The translations under genes and the position numbers were made by a program. Shown here piece by piece: positions 9,207 to 20,290 of a stretch of DNA of 45,185 bases; position 1 is the first letter of the stretch, and each line of letters starts with the position of its first letter. The notes beneath the pieces are model-generated. The model did not search any database, was not told where the DNA came from, and saw only the letters and a program-made list of their open reading frames with translations. Origin of the DNA: Candidatus Bathyarchaeota archaeon (lineage in GTDB: Archaea > Thermoproteota > Bathyarchaeia > TCS64); assembly GCA_043826455.1 (NCBI GenBank), contig JBDRQD010000072.1, positions 1 through 45,185 on the forward strand, in the 5' to 3' direction.

Positions 9207-9767
9207 CTACCCGTGAACCCTCTGCATAAGCACAACCCAGAAGTTCATAACCACTATACCGAAGGCCTCCGCCATGGCCGTGGAAGGCCAAGGCACCAGG
9301 TAGGCCACCACTGGACTGATGAACCCCAACGCGGCGACCACCACCCCCAGATCCTTCTCACCCCTGCCGATGAGCCCCAGACCCCAGGCCGCGATGGCCA
9401 GGTCCGTCTGGGCGAAGAACCAGTAGCTTATGAAGCCGTGGGGTCGGGTTCCTGACGGGTAGACGCCTATGAAGATCAGGAATAGGCCGGCCATGGTCAG
9501 GAAGGCTCCGCCCATCGTCTCCAGCTTGTTACTGGAGTCCTCCAGGCATCTTAGGGAGTAGAGGATTATGAGGGCGCCTGATAGCATCATGCCCGCGTTG
9601 TAGAGGTTGGGGTCAGCGGCCAGGGGGCCGCCCAGGTCGCTGAAGGCGTGCTCCGTGAAAATGAACCACGGGTTGACGCTGATGGTGTAGGCGAAGATCA
9701 CCCACGCCACGATGGCAGCAGCCACGCCACAGTACCTGGTGACAGCGCCGAAGGCCTTATTCATCAA
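9207..9767 (-). CDS. DUF998-family membrane protein
   Basis: NPWF...AFSDLG, IGVYP, multiple TM helices and a C-terminal A-x-A-E. Confidence 0.75.
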   Translation of the reverse strand: MMNKAFGAVTRYCGVAAAIVAWVIFAYTISVNPWFIFTEHAFSDLGGPLAADPNLYNAGMMLSGALIILYSLRCLEDSSNKLETMGGAFLTMAGLFLIFIGVYPSGTRPHGFISYWFFAQTDLAIAAWGLGLIGRGEKDLGVVVAALGFISPVVAYLVPWPSTAMAEAFGIVVMNFWVVLMQRVHG

Positions 9768-9796
9768 ATAATTTTAACGGAACTCCCAGATAACCT

Positions 9797-10405
9797 TTAG
9801 CCCCTCAGGTACTCGAAGGGGTCCCTGTAGCCGGCGTCCCGGAGGACCTTCACCAGCCTCTCCTTGAGCCTGCCCACGCCCACACCCGTCTTGGCGCTCA
9901 CCGGGAAGACGCTGTCCCTGGCAGCCGGGTCGCCCCCAGATATACCCTCTATGAAGGCCTCTAGGTTGGCCACCACCTCCTCCTCGCCGCCCTTATCGAT
10001 CTTGTTGGCTGCCACCAATGGGAAAGCCCCAAGGGTGTCCCGGAGGTAGCCCACCATCTCCACGTCCAGGCTCATGATGCCCTTCCTGGAGAGCCTCTCC
10101 TCCGTCTCCAGGAACGTGGTGATGTTCACCACGTGGATAACCGCCGCGATGCTGCCCTTGTGGTCCTCGATGAAGTCCAGGATGCTGTCCTTGGTCCTGT
10201 CCTCCCACTTCCTGCTGCCCCCGGCCTTGCTCCCGTAGCCCGGCATGTCCACCAGGGTAAGGCCCGGGGCCACGGGGTACCTCCTGATGCTGGTGGTGGT
10301 ACCCGGCCGCTTACCTATGGGCAGCTTCAGGCCGGTGAGGGCCCGGATGACGGTGCTCTTACCGGCGTTGGGTCTGCCGGTGAAAACGATGTAGCGCTCA
10401 GGCAT
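9797..10405 (-). CDS. engB: EngB/YihA-family GTP-binding protein
   Basis: G1 GRPNAGKS, G2 PGTT, G3 DMPGYG, G4 NKID and G5 SAKTG. Confidence 0.88.
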   Translation of the reverse strand: MPERYIVFTGRPNAGKSTVIRALTGLKLPIGKRPGTTTSIRRYPVAPGLTLVDMPGYGSKAGGSRKWEDRTKDSILDFIEDHKGSIAAVIHVVNITTFLETEERLSRKGIMSLDVEMVGYLRDTLGAFPLVAANKIDKGGEEEVVANLEAFIEGISGGDPAARDSVFPVSAKTGVGVGRLKERLVKVLRDAGYRDPFEYLRG

Positions 10406-10443
10406 GGGTTAATAGAAGCGGTGGTACGTGAAAAAGGGTGGGG

Positions 10444-11379
10444 TCACAGCTGGACGTTGAACTCCAGGCGCTGGGCCAGCTCCTTGTACCTGTTCCTTAT
10501 GGTGACCTCGGTGACCTGAGCCTCCTTGGCTATCTCGCCCTGGGTCCGCCTCTCGTCGGTGAGCTGGCTGCTTATGTAGATGCAGGCCGCGGCGATGCCC
10601 GACGGGCCTCGGCCGCTGGTGAGCTTCATCTCGGACGCCTGGTTGAGTATCAGCATGGCCAGTCTCTCCGTCTCCCCCGTCAAGGCCAGCTTGTTCACTA
10701 TCTTGCTGATGTAGCCCTGGGGGTCCACCTGGGGCACCGTGGGCTTCAGCTCCCTGAGCAGGAACCTGTAGTTGCGGGCGGCCTCCTTCTTGGTGATGTT
10801 GGCGGCGGCGGCCACGTCCTCCAGGGTCCTGATGATCCCGCACTGCCTGCAGGCCATGTAGATGCTGGCCACGGCCACGCTCTGGATGGTCCTACCGCGG
10901 ATTAGCTGCTTCTGGATGGCCCGACGGTATATCATGCTCGAGGTCTCTATGACGTTTCTGGGTAGGTTCAGCTTGTAGCTTATCTTGCTCATCTCGCTGA
11001 GAGCGTGAGCCAGGTTACGCTGGGTGCTGTCCGACACCTTGCTCCGCCTGTGCCACTTCCTTAGCCTGTACAGCCTGGCCCTCTCCTCCGGGCTCAGCCT
11101 CCTGCCCGACGCGTCGCGGTCCTGCCAGCCTATTGTGGTGCTCAGCCCCTTGTCGTGGATGGTCCACGTCACGGGGGCGCCGACCCTGGGCAGCTTGTCC
11201 CGCTGCTCCTGGTCGAAGGCCCTCCACTCGGGCCCCTGGTCGATGAGCGTTGACGAGATCACGAATCCGCATCCCTGGCACACCAGTTCACCGGTCTCGT
11301 AGTCTCGTAGAAGGTTGGCCCCGCCGCACTCGCTGCAAGCTACTTTAGAACGCAGTTTCGCTGTCAAAGAACCCCTCAC
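10444..11379 (-). CDS. tfb: Transcription initiation factor IIB
   Basis: Zn ribbon CSECG...CQGCG, IDQGPEWRAF, TIHDKGLST, two cyclin repeats and VTEVTIRNRYKEL. Confidence 0.97.
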   Translation of the reverse strand: MRGSLTAKLRSKVACSECGGANLLRDYETGELVCQGCGFVISSTLIDQGPEWRAFDQEQRDKLPRVGAPVTWTIHDKGLSTTIGWQDRDASGRRLSPEERARLYRLRKWHRRSKVSDSTQRNLAHALSEMSKISYKLNLPRNVIETSSMIYRRAIQKQLIRGRTIQSVAVASIYMACRQCGIIRTLEDVAAAANITKKEAARNYRFLLRELKPTVPQVDPQGYISKIVNKLALTGETERLAMLILNQASEMKLTSGRGPSGIAAACIYISSQLTDERRTQGEIAKEAQVTEVTIRNRYKELAQRLEFNVQL

Positions 11380-11449
11380 GAGAATTATGAATATGGAAAA
11401 AGCCTGCCTTATAACTGTTTTTGATTCTATCTCCCCGAAAAGGGCTTGA

Positions 11450-11470
11450 TTTTCTCAGATATTGAGAAAA
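11450..11470. promoter_or_regulatory. Perfect inverted repeat (candidate operator) in the tfb/ppdK divergent promoter region
   Basis: TTTTCTCA-GATAT-TGAGAAAA in an AT-rich intergenic region. Confidence 0.4.
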
Positions 11471-11687
11471 AACGATAGTTTATGGTTTTACAGTAAGTTC
11501 CGGTTAACCCGCGTATGTTTGCCTAATTACTCGCCCCTCCATAGTATTTACACGTTACTGGCACTCACGGTTTCGCCCCGTGGAACCTGTGAACGGCGCT
11601 CACGGCTCCTTGGGGCTTAGGATGCTTGGAACCGGTAAATGTAAAAGGGGGGACTACATCACTGAAAAACATCAAGGAGACACCAAG

Positions 11688-14480
<2,793 letters not shown>

Positions 14481-14488
14481 AGGCGCAA

Positions 14489-14517
14489 GCCCCGTTTTCG
14501 GGGCCCCCATGTTTTAT
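14489..14517 (+). terminator. Hairpin plus T-tract after ppdK (putative terminator)
   Basis: GCCCCG-TTTT-CGGGGC followed by TGTTTTAT. The T-tract may also be the TATA box of the next gene. Confidence 0.4.
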
Positions 14518-14541
14518 ACGCTCGTAGACCATGACCAAGTT

Positions 14542-14907
14542 ATGACTAAACTAGACCACGTAGGAGTCTACGTGAAGGACCTGGAAAGAAGCCTCAAGTT
14601 CTACAAGACCCTTTTCAACTTCAAGGTTGTAAGCCAGTTCACCAGCGGCGAGGCCAAGATAGCCACCCTGAACATAGGCGGAGCCCTCCTGGAGCTGGTG
14701 CAGAGGCCCGGCAGCCCAGGCAAGCCCCCGGAGGGCAACTGGAGCCACCTGGCCCTCCACGAGCCCGAGTTCGACAAGCGGGTGGCCCAGCTGGAGAAGA
14801 TGGGCCTGGAGCTCCGGAAGGTGACCATGGCCAACGGCAACAAGCTATGCTTCTTCAAGGACCCCGACGGCCACATGATTGAGCTCATGGAGAAAGGCTT
14901 CGCCTAG
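14542..14907 (+). CDS. VOC/glyoxalase family protein
   Basis: LDHVGVYVKDLERSLKFY, LELV, SHLAL and FFKDPDGHMIEL, with the metal ligands H/E/H/E present. Confidence 0.9.
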   Translation: MTKLDHVGVYVKDLERSLKFYKTLFNFKVVSQFTSGEAKIATLNIGGALLELVQRPGSPGKPPEGNWSHLALHEPEFDKRVAQLEKMGLELRKVTMANGNKLCFFKDPDGHMIELMEKGFA

Positions 14908-15707
14908 TAGACCACGTCGGCTGGGATGGCCCTTCGGTCCAGCATCCCCGCTACTTTTCCCTTCAAGGCGTCGTAGTAGGGGCTCTCCTCAGCGGAGGCC
15001 TCCTTGATCCTGGGCAGCAGGTCAGGGTAGTGGTCCTCCAGGGCATCCCTTATGGGGGACCAGTTCCCCGCTTTTATGTTGAGCCTGTCCACGATGACCC
15101 TGCCAACCCTGTCGGCTAGGGCGTTGAGCAGCTCCTCCAGCCCGTCCTCTGATATGTAGGGCAGCAGGGGCCCCAGGAACGCGTAGGTGTCTATCCCCTG
15201 GTCGCTGAACGTCTTGAGGGCGTCCAGCCTCTCCTGGACGGTGGAGGCCCCCGGCTCGAACACCCTCCTGACGCCATCATCCATGGCTGTCAGGGTGAGG
15301 CCCACCTCCGCCTGATCGAACCTGCCTAGGATATCCAGGTCCCTGACCACCAGTGACGACTTGGTGAGCACCTCCACAGGGTAATCGTGCTCCGCGAGAA
15401 CCTCCAGCAGGCTCCTGGTGAGCCCAGTCTTCCTCTCCAGGGGCTGGTACGCGTCCGTGACGCTGGAGAACAATATTACACCGGGGGGCCTAGAGCCTGC
15501 CTCCCTCCTCATGCACTCCAGGGCGTTCTTCTTGACATCCACGAAGCTGCCCCACCGCTCCCCCGGGTGGTACCACCTAGTCATGAACCGGGCGTAGCAG
15601 TAGACACAGCCATGGCCGCACCCTATATAAGGGTTCACGGCGTAGTCCACTCCCTTGATGCCGCTCCGGTTGATGATGCTCTTACAGGATGCCTCCCCGA
15701 CTCGCAC
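14904..15707 (-). CDS. Radical SAM protein, spore-photoproduct-lyase-like (Rv2578c) family
   Basis: NPYIGCGHGCVYCYA, SSVTDAYQP, LTKS and FEPGAS. Confidence 0.9.
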   Translation of the reverse strand: MRVGEASCKSIINRSGIKGVDYAVNPYIGCGHGCVYCYARFMTRWYHPGERWGSFVDVKKNALECMRREAGSRPPGVILFSSVTDAYQPLERKTGLTRSLLEVLAEHDYPVEVLTKSSLVVRDLDILGRFDQAEVGLTLTAMDDGVRRVFEPGASTVQERLDALKTFSDQGIDTYAFLGPLLPYISEDGLEELLNALADRVGRVIVDRLNIKAGNWSPIRDALEDHYPDLLPRIKEASAEESPYYDALKGKVAGMLDRRAIPADVVY

Positions 15708-15830
15708 AGAGATACCCGGGTCAGGGCACCCTATATGTTTAGCTAATACACCATGAGGGTATCCATATATAAACCGCGGAAACCAAATGAATGTAAGACG
15801 CCGGGGAACCCCGGCTCGGAGACATGAAAC

Positions 15831-16286
15831 ATGAAGATAGTTGTGATCTACGACAGCAAGACCGGGAACACCGAGAAGATGGCCAAGGCCATAGCCGAGG
15901 GCGCCAGCAAGGCGGCCACAGTCGAGCTCAAGAAGATAGGTGAGGCCTTCCCCCTCACGGTGATGGCCGACGCCGACGGCGTGGCCTTCGGGTCACCGGT
16001 CTACTATGCTGACATATCCAACCCGATGAAGGACTTCCTGGAGCACGTGGAGAGCTACATCAAGGCCAAGAAGAAGAAGATCCACGACCGCCCGGCAGCC
16101 ATCTTCGGCAGCTACGGGTATGACGGCGCATGGATCATGGAGGAGCGCCTCAAGGCAAGGATCAAGGCACTGGGCTTCGAGCCCAGGGATGAGGTGCTGG
16201 TCATGATCGATACGGACCTCAAGTACCAGGCCACGAGCCTAGACAAGGCCAAGGCGTTCGGCAAAAAGTTCGCTGAGAGCCTATAA
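15831..16286 (+). CDS. Flavodoxin
   Basis: FMN loop YDSKTGNTEKMA, GSPVYY and FGSYGY. Confidence 0.9.
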   Translation: MKIVVIYDSKTGNTEKMAKAIAEGASKAATVELKKIGEAFPLTVMADADGVAFGSPVYYADISNPMKDFLEHVESYIKAKKKKIHDRPAAIFGSYGYDGAWIMEERLKARIKALGFEPRDEVLVMIDTDLKYQATSLDKAKAFGKKFAESL

Positions 16287-16360
16287 CCACCATTTTATTC
16301 CACCCATTTTAGGTAACTTTAAACAGGTTCCCTGAGAAACGATTTGCGTAGTGGTCAGCG

Positions 16361-17791
16361 ATGGATGAGGCGGACGTTTTCAGCCCCGAGGCCCTAGAGG
16401 CCCACAGAGGCGGAGGCATCTTCATCCATCAGTTGGATAAGTCACGGCTCGGCTACTCCACGGGCGTGGACCTGGGCCGGCTGGACGACGCAGCCCGCAG
16501 AAACACCCTGGACGATTACCTGGCAGAGGTCACAGAAACAGTCAAGAGGCTGAGGGGAGAGTGGGCCCACAGCGTCACCCTCCACGGCCTCGAAGCAGGC
16601 CTAGCAGAGGTGCTTGGAGAGGCAGGCTACACGGAGGACCAGACCCGTGAATCCTTATCCTCGTTCATCCACGAGCTCAACCAGACGCGGTTCCGCGTCA
16701 CGCTATCATTGAACGAAACCAGCGAGCCCCACACCTTCAAGCAGGTGCTCGCTGACCAACTCGAAGCCTCGGCGTCCCAGGGGCACATGTACATAGACGT
16801 CGCCTATAACGTGACCGGCGACACGGACCTATCCAAGGAGCCCCACAAGGGATACGTTTCCCTCGCCTTCAAGCACGGCAACGTAGAGTTCCAGGGAGAA
16901 ACCCCCATAAAGCGGACAGGAATCCTTGGGGACCCTTGGGACGGAGGCAGGCTGGGCGTAGTGACCCTGAACCTGCCCCGCCTGGGCTACGAGGCGAGAA
17001 ACGAGGAAGACTTCTACGCCCGCCTAGGCCGTCTCACCGAGTTAGCCGTTGAGGCCCTGGAGGACAAACGGAGGGCCGTAGAGGAGTTCCTGGAGGCCGG
17101 CTACCTACCCTACACCATGAAGCTGAACGGCTCCCTGGACGGCCACGCCTCGGCTGTGACCCTGGCGGGAGTCAACGAGGCAGTCATGAACCTCATCGAC
17201 GCGGGGGTAAGCCACGTGGCCGGCAAGGCCGTAACCTACAAGGTCCTGGAGTTCATGTGGGGCCAGCTACGGGAGACCCAGCGCGCCAGCGGGCACATCT
17301 ACTCCCTGGAGGCTTACCCGTGCATGGAGGCCGGAGTAGTGTTCGCAGCCGAAGACCGGAGACTACTCGGCGACATCTTCACCCAGGGTGAGAGCAGCCC
17401 CTACTACACCGCCGCAGCGGAGCTGCCCCCCAGCCACGGCGACGACCTGTGGCAGGCCATGGACCACCTGAAGAAGATACAGGGCATCTTCACCGGGGGG
17501 ACAGCCCAGGAGGTCCATCTACGGGAGGGCCTAGGGTACAGGGACGAGTGTGGGCTCCTAGTGTTACGGATGATGAGGCAGGGGTACCCCAACGTCAAGC
17601 CCTCACCGGTTTTCAGCATCTGCCCCAACCACGGGTACATCCCGGGGGAGGCTGAGACGTGCCCAGAGTGCGGTGAACCGCCCACGGTCTACACCTGGGT
17701 GGACGGGTACCCCCGGGCCCTGGTATTGTTAAGCGACGGATTGAAGGAGGCGCACAGACAACGCGTAAGCCACGACGTAAAGAGCCGGTGA
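16361..17791 (+). CDS. Shortened, catalytically divergent anaerobic (class III) ribonucleotide reductase NrdD homologue
   Basis: AHRGGGIFIHQL, GVVTLNLPRLGY, YLPYT, GVNEA, PYYT and SPVFSICPNHGYIPGE..TCPECG..VYTWVDGY are collinear with NrdD. There is no ATP cone and no MCCR/MGCR loop. Confidence 0.85.
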   Translation: MDEADVFSPEALEAHRGGGIFIHQLDKSRLGYSTGVDLGRLDDAARRNTLDDYLAEVTETVKRLRGEWAHSVTLHGLEAGLAEVLGEAGYTEDQTRESLSSFIHELNQTRFRVTLSLNETSEPHTFKQVLADQLEASASQGHMYIDVAYNVTGDTDLSKEPHKGYVSLAFKHGNVEFQGETPIKRTGILGDPWDGGRLGVVTLNLPRLGYEARNEEDFYARLGRLTELAVEALEDKRRAVEEFLEAGYLPYTMKLNGSLDGHASAVTLAGVNEAVMNLIDAGVSHVAGKAVTYKVLEFMWGQLRETQRASGHIYSLEAYPCMEAGVVFAAEDRRLLGDIFTQGESSPYYTAAAELPPSHGDDLWQAMDHLKKIQGIFTGGTAQEVHLREGLGYRDECGLLVLRMMRQGYPNVKPSPVFSICPNHGYIPGEAETCPECGEPPTVYTWVDGYPRALVLLSDGLKEAHRQRVSHDVKSR

Positions 17792-18489
17792 AGATGGACC
17801 TGCCCATTGTGGGCCACCGGAACCTCAGCCTCAGCGACTACCCGGGCTGCCTCGCGGCCACCGTCACCGTCCCAGGCTGCAACTTCAGGTGCCCCTTCTG
17901 CCCCAAGACTGACCTGGTCCACCACCACATACCCATGGAGAAGACACAGCCCCAGCTGCTCCTAGAAGCCCTTTGGCCCAGGCTAGGGTTCTTGGACGCC
18001 GTTACGGTCACCGGCGGCGAGCCCCTCCTCCACAGGGGTCTCCCTCCCTTCCTCAGGGTCCTCAAGTACCGGGGCTTCAAGACCAAGCTGGATACCAACG
18101 CCTCCAGGCCCCGGATGCTCATGTACCTGGTGGAGAGGAACCTGGTCGACTACTATAGCGTCAAGCTGGTGGCGCCCCTCCACCGGTACACGGAGGTCGC
18201 CCGGTTCCTGGTGAAGCCTGAGACCATCCGCCAGTCCATACAGCTCATCAGGAGAAGCAGTGCCGGCCACGAGTTCAGGTTCACCCCCGTCCCCGGAGTC
18301 CACGACCAGGGCGACGTCCAGGCCATAGCCTCGACCTTGGCAGGTTCCAGAAGGTTCATAATAGAGGCCTTCAACCCAGCGGACTGCACGGACCCCGAGT
18401 ACAGGGGTCTTACACCCTACAGCCGTAAGGAGCTGGAGCAGTTCAGGGACCTTGTGGCTCCATACTTCGCCGAGGCTTTGATATCCTAG
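17788..18489 (+). CDS. NrdG-type glycyl-radical activating enzyme (radical SAM)
   Basis: LSLSDYPG, GCNFRCPFC, VTGGEPLL, KLDTN and EFR..VPG. 4-nt GTGA overlap with the NrdD-like gene. Confidence 0.88.
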   Translation: MKMDLPIVGHRNLSLSDYPGCLAATVTVPGCNFRCPFCPKTDLVHHHIPMEKTQPQLLLEALWPRLGFLDAVTVTGGEPLLHRGLPPFLRVLKYRGFKTKLDTNASRPRMLMYLVERNLVDYYSVKLVAPLHRYTEVARFLVKPETIRQSIQLIRRSSAGHEFRFTPVPGVHDQGDVQAIASTLAGSRRFIIEAFNPADCTDPEYRGLTPYSRKELEQFRDLVAPYFAEALIS

Positions 18490-18619
18490 AATCCTTTGGG
18501 GGTTAGATCAGTTTCGCGACGAACCGGGCAGTTCCGGAGAGTGTAGGTAAGCCCCAGCGAGTATGCCCCACTCGTCTTGTATGGCTGCGACGATTGATGA
18601 TAATAAAGGAGTTACAGGG

Positions 18620-19072
18620 CTACTCGTCGTTGTCCCTGAGGATGGCCAGAGCCTTCTCTGCGGCCCACCTGACGTACTCCTCGCAGTGGGTCTCCCCCCG
18701 GGCCTTCATCTCCTCGTATCGTGCCTTGCCCTCCGGGGTCCTGGTGTTGACTCCCAGCAGCCCGTAGCAGCCCACGTTACCCCACTTCTCCTCGAAGGCC
18801 TTGATGAACACTTGGGTAAGGGCCCTCATACGGTCCCTCTTGACCTGGAACTCGCCCGGGTTCTCGTCCCCCTCCGTGCCCATGAGGAGGCCGAAGGCCA
18901 TGGCGGCCCCTGTGACGGCGCCGCAGGCGCTGCCCCACCCTGCGACCCCGCCCCCGAAGTTGGAGGCCAGCCTCATGACGTCTGGGCCGAGGCCCGGCAG
19001 CGTGTGCTTCTCGTCCATCCTGATGAGGACGCTCTCGCAGCAGTTGAATCGTATACCATTTCTCTCGATCAT
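18620..19072 (-). CDS. C-GCAxxG-C-C family putative redox-active protein
   Basis: FNCCESVL, FGGG, CGAVTG, GCYGLLG and HCEEYV. Confidence 0.85.
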   Translation of the reverse strand: MIERNGIRFNCCESVLIRMDEKHTLPGLGPDVMRLASNFGGGVAGWGSACGAVTGAAMAFGLLMGTEGDENPGEFQVKRDRMRALTQVFIKAFEEKWGNVGCYGLLGVNTRTPEGKARYEEMKARGETHCEEYVRWAAEKALAILRDNDE

Positions 19073-19111
19073 GGGTCATAGTGTCGCGCAGTGATCAGAA
19101 AAGGTGTTCGG

Positions 19112-19708
19112 TCACCCGTAGAAGATTATAAGCCCGGTCTCTATGAGGGCGGCCAGGATCAGCAGAGGGATTATCCGGGTGATGAACACGTTGAGGCTGT
19201 CCATAACGTACCTCTGGAGCCCCTCCCTGCGCCTCAGCTTGTTTATTATCTGGTAGCCGAGCCCCACACCCATGGCCGCGCACAGGGTTATGGCAGGTAT
19301 CTCTATGACCCCGTGGGGTAGAAGCGTCATGAAGATGAAGCCCAGGCCAAGCTCAGCCGCGGCGGAGTAGGCTATCCAGCCCAAGAAGAACCCGTTGAGC
19401 ACTATGAAGAGGAGGGGCGGCACACCGGCCACCACCCCAGAGGCCAGGAAGATGAAGCTGGCTATCACGTTGTTGGTGAGGATGGCCGAGAAAAGCTCCA
19501 GGTCCGAGGACTCCGACGGGTCGGGGAGTCCGCTGAGGACGCCCTCGAAGACGGAGGCCTGTATCTCGTCGCCCATGGAGTACCCCATGAAGGTGCTGAA
19601 AGCGAATAGGAAGAGGCTCAGCGCGAATATAGGGCCTAGAGCCTTGACGTGGTCGGCCTGGGCCCCGAAGAGGAACCCCAACACACCTGACGGCTTCTCG
19701 TCACTCAG
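19112..19708 (-). CDS. SpoIIM (DUF95)-like membrane protein
   Basis: ILTNN, LNG, LLPHGVIEIPA and LAALIE. The start is uncertain: CTG 19708 overlapping the histone stop was chosen, while the ORF track gives 19795. Confidence 0.8.
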   Translation of the reverse strand: MSDEKPSGVLGFLFGAQADHVKALGPIFALSLFLFAFSTFMGYSMGDEIQASVFEGVLSGLPDPSESSDLELFSAILTNNVIASFIFLASGVVAGVPPLLFIVLNGFFLGWIAYSAAAELGLGFIFMTLLPHGVIEIPAITLCAAMGVGLGYQIINKLRRREGLQRYVMDSLNVFITRIIPLLILAALIETGLIIFYG

Positions 19709-19937
19709 TTCCAGCGTCCTCCAGTTCCCATACCCTAACCGCCGCGGCCTTGATATCCCTTTCGAGTACCGTCTTCCTGCCCTCCCTGGACGCATTCTCC
19801 ACGGCCAGCTCCGCCAGCCTGGACCCGTACACTCCTATGATGCGCCTCATCTCCTCTGCGGCGTCGGGGCTAATCCTCATGTCTCCCGCCTTCTTCAGAA
19901 GCCTCCTGATGGGGGCTATGGTGAACTCCTCAGACAA
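19701..19937 (-). CDS. Archaeal histone (HMf-like)
   Basis: EFTIAPIRRLLKKAG.MRIS.DA...GRKTV..RDI histone fold. Confidence 0.92.
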   Translation of the reverse strand: MSEEFTIAPIRRLLKKAGDMRISPDAAEEMRRIIGVYGSRLAELAVENASREGRKTVLERDIKAAAVRVWELEDAGTE

Positions 19938-19999
19938 CCCGTATCTTGGGTACCGCCACCCGATATAATGTTTTTCTGAAGGTTTACGAGCCTGAAGGG

Positions 20000-20007
20000 T
20001 TTATAAA
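20000..20007 (+). promoter_or_regulatory. TATA box of the ferredoxin gene (likely leaderless)
   Basis: TTTATAAA ending about 24 nt before GTG 20031. Confidence 0.55.
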
Positions 20008-20030
20008 AACGGGTTCAGACTTCATCTTCG

Positions 20031-20237
20031 GTGAGTGAGTTGCCTAAGGTTACGGTTGACCTGGAGAAGTGTGAGGGAGCCGGCGTCTGCGCCGAGGTGT
20101 GCCCCATGAACGTCTACGACATGGTGGAGATCAAGGGTGAGAGGAAGGCAAGGCCAACGAGGGCCGACGACTGCATAATGTGCATGGCGTGCGTGAACGG
20201 GTGTCCAGTCGCCGCTATCACGGTGGAGGACGAGTAG
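20031..20237 (+). CDS. Dicluster ferredoxin
   Basis: CEGAGVCAEVCP and CIMCMACVNGCP. Confidence 0.92.
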   Translation: MSELPKVTVDLEKCEGAGVCAEVCPMNVYDMVEIKGERKARPTRADDCIMCMACVNGCPVAAITVEDE

Positions 20238-20290
20238 CCGCCACCCTTTTTAGGAAGCCATATTTGAGGGCCTGCCCACTTCAGAAGGAT

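Noticed and set aside
11580..11687. N-terminal extension of PPDK in the ORF track
   Set aside because: Homology begins at KRVYDF, and a Shine-Dalgarno precedes TTG 11688.
18490..18619. Possible gene remnant or C/D-box sRNA (TGATGA near 18595)
   Set aside because: There is no properly spaced CTGA box and no convincing protein motif.
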